Assembly: GCA_964016885.1 (NCBI GenBank) | Contig: CAXHJY010001401.1 | Span: forward strand, 1-23,274 | Direction of reading: 5' to 3' | Length of the DNA stretch: 23,274 nt | DNA from: Eledone cirrhosa | Lineage: Eukaryota | In this document: positions 13,158 through 23,274 of the stretch, one piece after another | How positions within the stretch are numbered: position 1 is the first letter of the stretch | Layout: the number at the start of each line of letters is the position of its first letter | Program-made: the position numbers and the translations under genes | Notes under the pieces: model-generated | The model's database searches: none | What the model was told of the DNA's origin: nothing | What the model saw: the letters and a program-made list of their open reading frames with translations, nothing else

Positions 13158-13273
13158 CTGAAAATATTGAAATATTGAAAAATTGAAAAATTAAATTAAA
13201 CAAAAACAAAAAAAATAAAATAAAATAAAATAAAATAAAATCATCATCATCATCATAACAACAATAATAACAA

Positions 13274-13477
13274 TGGTTTCTGATTTACACACAAGGTCAA
13301 CAATTTTCAGGGAGAGTAAAGTCGATTAAATGGACCCTAGTACATTACTGGTACTTTATTTTATTGACCCTTTGTAAGGATGAAACGGGAATTTTTGAAC
13401 TCAGAACATAAAGGGTCGTAACTCTATGCTGTAAAACAGGTTGTCCTACACTACTGATTACTGTCAATCCAACCACC
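13274..13477 (-). mobile_element. Family A SINE in the last DIPP intron
   Basis: gtcgattaaatggaccctagtacattactggtactttattttattgaccc...tttgaactcagaacataaagggtcgtaact...ctgtcaatcc, with an internal deletion near the B box. Confidence 0.8.
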
Positions 13478-13700
13478 TAATAATACAACCTGTGGTTGTA
13501 GGTACCATAGAAATAATAGTATAAGTAGTTAATTATTACCTACCTCAAATCACAGGAAACTCCCCAAAATGGAAGATATTCAGAAAATAGTAGTCATAGT
13601 GACTACTCATATCCTATGGAAAATACTGTTCATGTTACTACAAAATAATTTTTTCCCCCACTGTCATATTATCATTTTAGTACCAAACAACTGTTTTTAA

Positions 13701-13896
13701 CCCTTTAGCATTTACATTACTCTATATATATACTATTGTATTTTTGTAGTAATACACATAATATTGAATCTCTGAGATTTTGATATTATTATTTTTTAGA
13801 ACAATACCTTTAACATAAGTATGAGTGGCTAGTTACATCCGGTTTGAACAGGTGAAAGAATTCTGGCCGGATATGGCCGGTTTAAATGTTAGAGGG
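13701..13896. mobile_element. piggyBac-type MITE
   Basis: TTAA at 13697-13700 and 13897-13900. TIRs are ccctttagcattta and taaatgttagaggg. A second copy lies at 22373-22602. Confidence 0.85.
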
Positions 13897-13980
13897 TTAA
13901 AGAAACTATTAATTTTCTTATGCTTTCAGACCTTTTCCAGAAAAATACTTCACCATCATTGCGACCACCACCACCACTAG

Positions 13981-14013
<33 letters not shown>

Positions 14014-14138
14014 TGCCATTGATATAAATAAGGTTGTGCCAAATCCCACAATGGCAGCAAAAAACACAGGAAAGAAGACAGGACGGTTACTACAAGAATG
14101 AAGAAACAATTCAAAACAAAAGCATATGGTCAACTTAC

Positions 14139-14223
14139 CAAGGTTTTTTTTCTCTTCCCATTCTTCTAGCAGCTCTGTTACGATGAAAGCAAATACTGAC
14201 GTTCGATGTTTCTTGTCATTGTT
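14139..14223 (-). CDS. NUDT3: Penultimate coding exon (85 bp) of a diphosphoinositol polyphosphate phosphohydrolase (DIPP, NUDT3/4-like Nudix hydrolase)
   Basis: The minus strand reads ttcctattttccag|AAC AAT GAC AAG AAA CAT CGA ... AAC CTT G|gtaagt, with a canonical acceptor and donor. The translation NNDKKHRTSVFAFIVTELLEEWEEKKNL(G) aligns without gaps to human DIPP1 NQERKHRTYVYVLIVTEVLEDWEDSVNIG (recalled sequence). The symbol denotes the family; NUDT3/4/10/11 cannot be told apart here. Confidence 0.93.
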
Positions 14224-14306
14224 CTGGAAAATAGGAAGAAATAGACGAAGAAATAATTAAATAGATGAAAAGAATAGCTAAAATATCAACTAACAAATAG
14301 AATCAA

Positions 14307-14680
14307 CATTTAACATCCATTTTCTCTGCTGACATGGGATGGACTGCTGGTCACTGTCGAAGACTAGACAAATGTGAGAACCAGGTCTAGCTCATAAGTT
14401 CCATATTTTGGCATGGTTTCTAACAGCTGGATGCACTTCCTAATGCCAGCAACTTTACAGAGTCTACTGGGAGAATTTTATCGTGGCACTAACACTGCCA
14501 TGACAGAATTTACTGTGCATTGTATTGTGATACCAGCATCAGGATAGTTGCTATGTCACAACTGATGAGTTTCTACAAATGGATCGCCTTCCTAACACCA
14601 ACCACTTTACAGAGTGTACTGGCTGCTTTGTATTGTGATACCAGCACTGGGGCAGTTGCAATGTCCTTGACACAACCTTT
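14307..14680 (-). mobile_element. RTE-related 3' UTR fragments (truncated LINE or LINE-tailed SINE) with a partial internal duplication
   Basis: catttaacatccattttc...catggg and gtttcta(a)cagctggatgc...cctaa...actttacagagt recur at about 14415 and 14570. They match the LINE 3' UTR at 14760-14960 and 22800-22980. Confidence 0.65.
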
Positions 14681-14747
14681 ATTTGGCATTTATAAATGTA
14701 TGAACATCAAAGCAACATGGTTTAATAACAACAACAACAACTATATT

Positions 14748-15290
14748 CATCATCATCATCACCATTTAATGTCCGTCTTCCACGCTAGCATGGGTTAGAC
14801 GGGTTGTCCTGTTATGGGCAGTGTCTGGTCGGCTGACCATGCCTTGCTCATACAGGAACTGATTTTGGCTTGATTTCTACAGCTGGATGCTCTTCCTAAC
14901 ACCAACCTCATTTACAGTGTGGGCTGGGTGCTTTTTTGCCGTGGCACCTCCACGACCACCTTGCAGTGGGAGGGTGTGGGGGCATATTGTCTATATGCTT
15001 CGGCTTGTACCCATGGGAGGTCGGGTATTCTGTATTACTGCGTGATGCCAGAGGTCACGGTCGTGTGGCATCGCCTTTGAGAGGTGTAATTGGGTAAGGT
15101 CGGCTTTTATCACCTCATCCCAGGTCTTCTTGGGTCTCCCCACTCCGCGGTTTCCAATGACTTCTAGTGCTCTGCACCTTTTTATGCAGCTGTCATCCTT
15201 CATACGCATCACATGTCCATACCAACGCAACAGCCTCTCTGCACACAGCATTTGATTCCTCTTATGCTCAGTCTCTCTCTCAACATTGTT
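14748..15290 (-). mobile_element. 5'-truncated RTE-clade LINE: C-terminus of the RT ORF, 3' UTR and (ATG)n tail
   Basis: ORF 14991-15251 reads RLLRWYGHVMRM...RGVGRPKKTWDEVIKADL...DRDLW, the typical RTE C-terminal motifs. It has an apparent frameshift near 15240 and a (cat)n tail at 14748-14765. Confidence 0.88.
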
Positions 15291-15302
15291 ACACTTTACT
15301 GA

Positions 15303-15430
15303 TTACCATCACCGCCAACATCAATACCAACACCACCACCATCATCAATACCAACACCACCATCAATACCAACACCACCACCACCACCATCAATAACAAC
15401 ACCCCAAACATTACCACCATCAGCAGCAAC
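15303..15430. repeat. (ACC/ATC/AAC)n trinucleotide low-complexity tract
   Basis: Directly visible. Confidence 0.85.
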
Positions 15431-15569
15431 TGTCAAAACTCTTTCTATTAGTAGTATTGTATGTTTTTAATGTAATTAGCACAGCTGGCAAATATAGTAA
15501 TTAGCAAAAATTAATTTTGCAAGTGTAGTAATTGGAAGCCAAAACACTGGTTTCTTCAATTCTACTTTG

Positions 15570-15832
15570 GTGACATCACGCACACACACAGATATACACC
15601 CACGATGACATCACATACACAGACACACATACACACCCACAATGACATCACATACACATGCACACACGATATCACGTGTTGATAACATAACACAACAAAC
15701 ACACGATGATATCACACATACACACATGCATTGATGATATAACACACACAATGATGACATCACTCCCCCCCCCCCCCCACACACACACACGTTGACAACA
15801 TGACACATATATGGACACATATCACACAATGA
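15570..15832. repeat. Degenerate ~30-40 bp repeat (gatgacatcac plus CA-rich spacer)
   Basis: tgacatcac/tgatatcac recurs at about 15571, 15606, 15643, 15706 and 15755. Confidence 0.75.
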
Positions 15833-16249
15833 TGGTCTACAGTCAGTACCAATGACAACTGCTCAAGTTGTTCAAACAATGGAATAAGGCAGCTTCTGAT
15901 ATTAACATGTAAATGGTGTAGCATTCCACAGATGCAGGAACCCCTAACACACAGTTCTCAGGGAGATTCAGCATAACATTGCAGTAATTTAACTGAAAAG
16001 GACCACAGATGAAGCAGGTATATTTTCTGCGCTTATTAAAAATATACATAAACAAATAAGGGTCCAGTTGGAATCAATACTTTGGTGGCCCCAGAATAGG
16101 GATCTATTAAACATATCCCAGAAGAGGGGACAGTTTCGGGAGGTTTGATGTGAGGTTTAACAATGGATTGAAACCGAGATAAACACCAACTTGATGAGCT
16201 TCTGGGTTTGTAACAGACTTTAGACTTTTAGAACATTGTTATACAGTAC

Positions 16250-16618
16250 TGTGTATACCAGTGGGACTGTTGTGTATACTAGTGGGGCTGTTGTGTATAC
16301 CAGTGGGAGTGTTGCTATGTATACCTGTGGGAATGTTGTGTGTACCAGTGGGAATGTTGCTATGTATACCTGTGGGAATGTTGTGGTGTATACCAGTGGG
16401 AATGTTGTGGTGTATACCAGTGGGAATGTTGTTGTGTATACCAGTGGGAATGTTGTTGTGTATACCAGTGGGAATGTTGTTGTGTATACCAGTGGGACTG
16501 TTGCTATGCATACCAGTGGGAATGTTGCTATGCATACCAGTAGGAATGTTGTGTATGCCAGTGGAAATAATGTATACCAGTGGGACTGTTGTTATATATA
16601 CCAGTGGGAATGCTGTTG
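16250..16618. repeat. 21-24 bp minisatellite (tgtataccagtgggaatgttgttg), about 16 copies
   Basis: Tandem unit directly visible; it produces periodic spurious ORFs on both strands. Confidence 0.95.
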
Positions 16619-16933
16619 TGCAGTGTTGCACCTAAATTAGAAACCATTCTATAGACCAACTAGTGCTAGTCCACAGATTTAACCCCTGCTATGGTGTCTG
16701 TCATTCAGTAAAAAATGTCAAAAGTGAAGTTTAATATAAAACAGATTCAGTGACGAAGTAATTTAATTTAAAGACAGAAAAAGAAAGAAAGAAAGATGTA
16801 AATTTAATTATTACAATAATTATTTCATTATTAAATCTAATGAAGGTAAAACAAACTTTTTCTTTCATTGGAAACATTGAAAATATTTTGATGTAATCAT
16901 TGGAAAGGTAAGAATGGTAAGAATAGAATGAAT

Positions 16934-18073
16934 AGTTATAGGCCATAGACGTGGCTTTGGTGGTGATGGTGGTGGTGGTGGTATTGTGGTTGATGGTGAT
17001 GGTATTGTTGGTGGTATTGATGTTGATGGTGTTGATGGTGTTGATGGTGGTGTTGATGGTGGTGTTGATGGTGGTGTTGATGGTGGTGTTGATGGTGGTG
17101 TTGATGGTGGTGTTGATGGTGGTGTTGATGGTGGTGTTGATGGTGGTGGTGGTATTGTGGTTGATGGTGATGGTATTGTTGGTGGTGTTGATGGTGTTGA
17201 TGGTGTTGATGGTGGTGTTGATGGTGGTGTTGATGGTGGTGTTGATGGTGGTGTTGATGGTGGTGTTGATGGTGGTGTTGATGGTGGTGTTGATGGTGGT
17301 GGTGGTATTGTGGTTGATGGTGATGGTATTGTTGGTGGTGTTGATGTTGATGGTGTTGATGGTGTTGATGATGGTGTTGATGGTGGTGTTGATGGTGGTG
17401 TTGATGGTGGTGTTGATGGTAGTGGTGGTATTGTGGTTGATGGTGATGGTATTGTTAATGTGGTTGATGGTGTTGATGGTGTTGATGGTGTTGATGGTGT
17501 TGATGGTGCTGGTGGTGGTGGTGACATTGATGGTGTTGGTGATGATTGTGTTGGTGATGATTGTGTTGGTGTCGTTAAGGAACCCCCTTCAGTACCTATA
17601 GGTCACAGACATGGTTGTGTTGTTGGTGATGATGATGTTGGTATGTTCTTGGTGTGGTTGTTGTTGACGTCGTTAAGGAGTCCTCTTCAGTTGCTATAGG
17701 TCACAGACATCGCTGTGTTGTTGTTGATGGTGTTTTGTTGTTGATGGGGATAAGTTTTGTTGTTGGGGGTGATGGTGATGGTGTTGTTGACATTGATTGA
17801 CCTGGCTGCGTTGTTAAGGAGTTCCCTTCAGTGGTTATAAGCCACAGACATGGCAGTGTTGTTGATGGTGGTGATGATGATGTTGATGGTGATGATGTTG
17901 ATGGCGTTGATGGTGATGATGTTCGTGATGGTGATGATGGTGTTGGTGATGTCAATGTTAACATGGCTGTATTGTTAAGGAGTCCCCATCACTAGCCACA
18001 GGCCACAGACATGGCTGTGTTGGTGCTGGTGTTGTTGAGGGAGATGTTGACATGGTTAAGGAGTCCCCTTCAC
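16934..18073. repeat. Compound minisatellite: ~52-bp core separated by variable GGT/GAT/GTT triplet spacers, including a (gatggtggtgtt)n expansion
   Basis: The core gttaaggagtcccttcagtngctataggYcacagacatggctgtgttg occurs at 17571, 17669, 17810 and 17971, with partial copies at 16934 and 18054. Confidence 0.9.
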
Positions 18074-18081
18074 AACCATGG

Positions 18082-18205
18082 CAACCATGTAGCTGCAGGT
18101 TCAATCCCCATGTGGCTACTTAGACAAATGGCTTGTACTACAGCCTCGACTTGACCAATGCCACACGAGTTAAATTTGGTAAACAGAAACTGCAAAAGTC
18201 TGTCA
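18082..18205 (+). mobile_element. Diverged tRNA-derived SINE (family C)
   Basis: B box ggttcaatccc followed by tactacagcctcgacttgaccaatgcc...atttggtaaacagaaactg. It resembles an abundant octopus SINE as I recall it; there is no second copy in the window. Confidence 0.6.
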
Positions 18206-18206
18206 T

Positions 18207-18238
<32 letters not shown>

Positions 18239-18290
18239 TTAATGTCTGCTTTCCCTGCTAGCAAGGGTTGGCTAGGTCTTCACAAACCAA
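18206..18290 (-). mobile_element. RTE-type 3' tail fragment
   Basis: (cat)n-ttaatgtctgctttccctgctagcaagggttgg matches 14748-14800. Confidence 0.7.
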
Positions 18291-18873
18291 GTCAGTACTC
18301 TATTGGAGCTCATGACTCCTCAAAGACTGGGGGCCCACATCATGTTTTCACATGTTCCATGCACACGCACATATATACACATGTTCCATACACACACACA
18401 TATATACATGTGTTAACCTTGTTTTGAACTCTCTCACTGTTGGATTGTCTCCCCCTTCTTTCACCTTATTTCCTTCAATCCATTTCTGTTACTTTTACAC
18501 ATATGCACACAAACATACATTACACAAATGCATACATACATCACACATATACACAAACACACACATACATACATACATTACATATACACATACAGACATA
18601 TATTACCTATGCACACACAGACAGATACACATATATATACACAATGACAGACATACATTACACATACATATACACACAAACCTACATTAACCATATATAC
18701 AAACAGACAGATATACATACACACACAGGAATACATTACACACATACAGTCACACATATTATACATATTTCAGACGCATATACACATTCACACATATTAT
18801 ACATATTTCAGACGCATATACACATTCACACAAATATACATATACAGACGCAGATGATATAATGGGTGGATGG

Positions 18874-18932
<59 letters not shown>

Positions 18933-19318
18933 TCTTGCCAAGGTTTGTGATAAATGTCAAATCTGTAGAAGTTACTTTTTGCCTCTTACCATTCAAGATT
19001 AACTATCAAATTCACACTTAACTATCTACACTTATATATGTGTGTGTGTGTACATACATGCATACATATATATGTACATACCTATATATATATATATATA
19101 TGTACATACACACATATGTGCGTGTACATACATACATATACATGTGTACATACATACATATACATGTGTACATACATACATATACATGTGTACATACATA
19201 TACATGTACATATATATATATACACATACATACATAGATATATACACAAATATATGTCATCATTTAGCTGATGTTAAATGATGACATTAGATACATACAC
19301 ACACACACTCACGTGCAC

Positions 19319-19383
<65 letters not shown>

Positions 19384-19440
19384 CATATATATATCTATAT
19401 ATATATACATACACACAATGTACAAATATATATATATATA

Positions 19441-19497
19441 CCGTCTAACCCATGCTAGCGCGAAAGATGGACGTTAAACGATGATGATGATGATGAT
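19441..19497 (+). mobile_element. RTE-type 3' tail fragment in the opposite orientation
   Basis: ccgtctaacccatgctagcgcgaaagatggacgttaaacgatgatgatg is close to the reverse complement of 14748-14802. Confidence 0.75.
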
Positions 19498-19525
19498 ATA
19501 TATATGTGTCTATAAGAATAAAGCA

Positions 19526-19560
<35 letters not shown>

Positions 19561-20093
19561 GTGTGTGTGTGTGTGCAGGTGTTTATATTTGTATCAATAT
19601 GCGTTGCTTTGTATTGGGAAAAGTTATATAACGAATATTACATAAACATTAGCTGGAATATAAAATGCCACAGATAGAGACTCCTTACCAACTACACACA
19701 CACACAGACACATACACACACGCATGACATGGACACACAACTCAAACTCCATCACATAAACACAAAGCTACTCTAATGTAACACCATCCGCTAACTTGAA
19801 TCGGAGGTAACCACAGTAAGTAAGGTACTCAATACATAGCAGAGTATAAATGTTTTTTTGATGATTTTGATGATTTCTCACGAATGAAACAGTTCTAGTC
19901 CTGTAGCTCTTCTATATATATCTGTGTGTGTGTGTGTCTGCTGGCATCACAACAGGATAGTAATACATGACCAGTGACAAATCCCCATCATTGTATGATC
20001 ATCTGATGAAGTCACATGCATAATCATGTAACAGAAATATATATATCAAACAATAAAGCAATTATGGTGTCCAAACTATTTTTAATTTGATCT

Positions 20094-20139
<46 letters not shown>

Positions 20140-20303
20140 GGTAGTGCCCCAGCATGGCCTCAGCCAAATGGCTGGAACAGGTAAAAGAGTAAAAGAGTAT
20201 ATATATATATATATCATATAAAAAGTAAACAGAAACAACACAGCAAATGATACAGTACAATGAAGAAATATATTAAGTTTAACGCTTGAAATAACAGAAA
20301 GAG

Positions 20304-20339
20304 TCTTAAATTTTCGAACACTAGTTCTTCATCAGAAGA
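20304..20339 (-). ncRNA. Minimal hammerhead-ribozyme-like motif (Penelope-associated type I), probably a decayed copy
   Basis: The minus strand reads UCUU-CUGAUGA-A-GAAC(UAGU)GUUC-GAAA-AUUU-AAGA. It has both core boxes, a 4-bp stem II, a 4-bp stem I and a palindromic AAUU in place of stem III. Confidence 0.5.
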
Positions 20340-20519
20340 TAGAAAGAGAAATAAAAGATAAAAGATGAAATAGAAAGATAGAGGGTGAGAAGAAGGAACA
20401 GAAAAAAGAAAAAAATAGAAAAAAAAACAAAAAAAAATACATGCATATTTAGTCAGCCATTTTGAAGAGATGCTGGTCATTTGATATCTTCAGCATTAGA
20501 GAGGTTTAGAAAGGGAGAT

Positions 20520-20957
20520 AGTATATAAGCCAAGAAATATATGATAAAAGATAAACAAATCGATGACAAAATGAGGGTAAGCTTATATTTGAGGTCAATA
20601 TTTTGCCAATTTTCAGCAACTTCAAATTCTAAATGAATGTACTTTCGATATGAAATTCATATTTCCTATTGTTTTTGATGTGATATGAATGAATATGGCC
20701 ATCAAAATGCTAAGAAATTAGTTTTTTTTTTAAATCATTACAGAATGGAGTACAAAAACTATACTTTAAATAACACTTAAAACATTTTAAATACCAAAAT
20801 TTCATAAATATATTCTCCACTCTTGAGAATTTCAAAACTGTTCCATCTGAACATAATGTGTTGATTACCTGCCCCCAGCTTATAAACGGGGTTTAGATAT
20901 TTCTCTATCTCTCAAACATAAAATAGGGGGTTGGTTCATATTTGAGTATATACAGTA
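20520..20957. mobile_element. Possible degenerate Tc1/mariner-superfamily non-autonomous element
   Basis: The right end gggggttggttcatatttgagtatatacag-TA resembles Tc2-like termini as I recall them. A related motif gggtaagcttatatttgag lies at about 20575. The left boundary is uncertain. Confidence 0.35.
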
Positions 20958-21089
20958 AATATCACTCACCTACCTTAACACTAGTTGACATACCAGATAC
21001 ATACCATACTAGATATAAAAGAAAACCATTTTTGTCACTCAGAACTATAACCAAACCTACACTAATTACTGGTATGCCGGTGAAGGATG

Positions 21090-21114
21090 TCATATATCTT
21101 ACTTGGTTTCTACA

Positions 21115-21156
<42 letters not shown>

Positions 21157-21262
21157 AATTTGTACTGTATACACTTGTTATCATATTACCTGATGTACAT
21201 AGACACGCACACATATATACCATATACACTTATCATATTACTTGGTTTCTTCACACACACAT

Positions 21263-21309
<47 letters not shown>

Positions 21310-21550
21310 ATATATACTCCAGCCATCATATTACCTGCTACATACACACACATATATACACACACACATACACGGTATATACTCTAATCACCATATTACC
21401 TGGTTTCTATACACACACACACACATATATATACATACCATATATACTCAAATATAAACCTACTCCTCATATATGGTTCCAGCCACTATATTAACTGGTA
21501 TCTATACATATATATATACATGTATATACCCCAACCATTATATTAACTTG

Positions 21551-21585
<35 letters not shown>

Positions 21586-21625
21586 TCATTATCATTACCA
21601 TACACACTCACACATATACCATATC
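21090..21625. repeat. Degenerate compound repeat (catattacctggtttcta plus (CA)n/(TA)n plus ataccatata)
   Basis: Core variants occur at about 21095, 21182, 21234, 21327, 21392, 21487 and 21540. Confidence 0.75.
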
Positions 21626-21694
21626 TACTGTGTGTGAATATTTATATATATATATATAAAATGTAGAGGTTTACATATACATAAACTAGATAGA

Positions 21695-21728
<34 letters not shown>

Positions 21729-22372
21729 TTTGACAACCATTCACAGTGTGGCTCAATGACGAATTAATTAATTAAATAATCAACAATCAGAGCAATATAT
21801 AAGAAAGTAAGTCCATAGAATCATTTGATAAAATGACTTGACCCCAATTCTTAGCCATTTGAATTCGTTTCTGGCGGGGATCATTTAAGAAAAATCTTTC
21901 TCCAATTGAGTTTGTTTCCTGATGATTTCGAAACTCGATTTATCCATGATCGGATATTTCCAATAAGTGAATGAAACCTCCGGAGTAGAAACATGGTTTT
22001 GGTATGTTTATGTACATTTTTTCTTCTAACTTTCATTTTGTACCTAATTATGTATGGTTAACTATATGTCTAGTCAATTTCTACGGGCTATTAGAAAAAT
22101 ACTAGGTAAATCTTCTGTGGCTGTGGATCGAGGATAAAATAGCTATCATTTATTTATTTATTGTTTCTTCATAGGTACATTTTAAACTTATAGCCTCGTT
22201 TAATTGATTTTTTTATGTGGTTGATTATGTTGATTGGGAGAAGAAATACTGTATATATTTTATCAAATGATTCTATAGACTTTCTTATATATATATATAT
22301 ATATATTAGAAAGGGAACAACACAATATTACTACTCCATTACCAAAGGTTTCAGGACCCTAGACAATATTAA

Positions 22373-22602
22373 CTCTTTAGCAGTCACATTACTCTATATA
22401 TACTATTGTATTTTGGTAGTAAACACTTTACCTTACATAATTATTATTATTATCTCACATAATATCGAATCTATGAGATTTTGATGTTATTTATCTTGAG
22501 AACAATACCTTAACATCAGTATGAGTGGCAAGTTACAGCCAATTTGAACAGAAAGAGGTGAGACATTTCTGGCCGGATACGGCCGGTTTGAATGCTAAAG
22601 GG
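22373..22602. mobile_element. piggyBac-type MITE, second copy
   Basis: TTAA at 22369-22372 and 22603-22606. The ends are ctctttagca and tgctaaaggg, and the interior is colinear with 13701-13896. Confidence 0.85.
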
Positions 22603-22800
22603 TTAATATGTTAACATCTATGTCTGACGAACGATCCAGACATATGTTAATATTGCCTAGGTAATGGAGTAGTTATATTTTGTGGTGTTCACTTTCTAAT
22701 TAAATAGCTCTGTTCTATACATAGAGCACTCTTTTTTCCTTTGCTTTTTCTTCAGAAATATATATTATTGAGTAAAATAACGGGAGGCCAGACAGGGTAT

Positions 22801-22980
22801 ATCATCATCATCATCATCATCATCATTTTACGTCCATTTTTCCCTGCTTGCAAGGGTGGTACGGGAACAGATTCTGGCTTGATTTCTACAGCTGGATGCC
22901 CTTCCAAACACCCTCATTTACAGTGAGGAGGGCTGGGTGCTTTTTTTGCCATGGCACCTCCACGACCACTTTACAGTGGA
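22801..22980 (-). mobile_element. RTE-type 3' UTR fragment with (ATG)n tail
   Basis: ggcttgatttctacagctggatgc...catttacagtg...gggctgggtgctttttt...tggcacctccacgaccac is nearly identical to 14867-14960. Confidence 0.8.
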
Positions 22981-23019
22981 ATGATATGGACCCCAATCCC
23001 TATCATCTCATTTCTACAG

Positions 23020-23129
23020 CTGAGTGAAATAAAGTGTCAAGGAAACAACACACCACCCGGTCTGAGAATTGAACTCACAACCTTTCGATTGCAAGGCCAA
23101 TGCTCTAGCCACTAAGCCATGTACCTCCA
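23020..23129 (-). mobile_element. tRNA-derived SINE head (family B)
   Basis: gaattgaactc is the B-box complement and ccactaagcca is the complement of A box TGGCTTAGTGG. Homologous to 2637-2755. Confidence 0.75.
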
Positions 23130-23274
23130 TATATATATATTATATATATATTATATATATATTACATATAGATTATATATATATATATTACATATAGATT
23201 ATATATATATATATTACATATAGATTATATATATATATATTACATATAGATTATATATATATATATTACATATA
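23130..23274. repeat. 24-26 bp AT-rich tandem repeat (ttacatatagattatatatatata) running off the window
   Basis: Directly visible. Confidence 0.9.

Larger units (their letters stand above)
13158..14138 (-). other. Phase-1 GT-AG intron (981 bp) of the DIPP gene, containing a SINE and a MITE
   Basis: gtaagt donor at 14138-14133 and cag acceptor at 13160-13158, with a T-rich tract upstream of the acceptor. Confidence 0.9.

Noticed and set aside
12704-13186. ORF-track calls 12704..13048(-), 12945..13139(+), 12956..13186(+)
   Set aside because: These are antisense to, or downstream of, the real DIPP terminal exon.
14221-14229. NAGNAG alternative acceptor as in human NUDT4 alpha/beta
   Set aside because: The acceptor is ttccag|AAC, with no tandem AG.
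16236-16640. Periodic ORFs (YTSGNVVV, CIPVGMLL, YQWECCC)
   Set aside because: These are translations of a 24-bp minisatellite, open on both strands.
16865-17699. PST-rich mucin-like ORF (minus) and GVDG / VLMV ORFs (plus)
   Set aside because: Open in several frames because of triplet repeats. There is no signal peptide or clear splice boundary, and neighbouring homologous units contain stops.
20964-21000. Minus-strand gtgagt donor as the end of the missing DIPP exon
   Set aside because: The upstream sequence does not translate to anything resembling AGVKG...GIFE.

Overview
Very AT-rich eukaryotic DNA dominated by microsatellites and SINEs. The repeat content resembles an octopus/coleoid cephalopod genome; this is inferred from repeat style and not verified. 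The only host coding sequence I can support is the last two coding exons of a minus-strand Nudix gene of the diphosphoinositol polyphosphate phosphohydrolase (DIPP; NUDT3/4/10/11-like) family. These are 14139-14223 and 13045-13157, encoding [65 protein letters not shown], and the ORF track misses both. I found no upstream exons (including the Nudix box), so 14224-23274 is probably one long intron. The rest is tRNA-derived SINEs, an RTE LINE 3' fragment and related tails, TTAA-flanked piggyBac-type MITEs (one nested in a SINE), kilobase-scale TA/CA microsatellites that generate all the long spurious ORFs, and several minisatellites. I see no clear novel multi-gene system. The best leads are two hammerhead-ribozyme-like motifs, an 82-bp array with conserved inverted repeats around variable loops, a core-plus-variable-spacer minisatellite, a recursive-splice-like site, and two DIPP codons that a single A-to-I edit would convert to Arg at substrate-binding positions.
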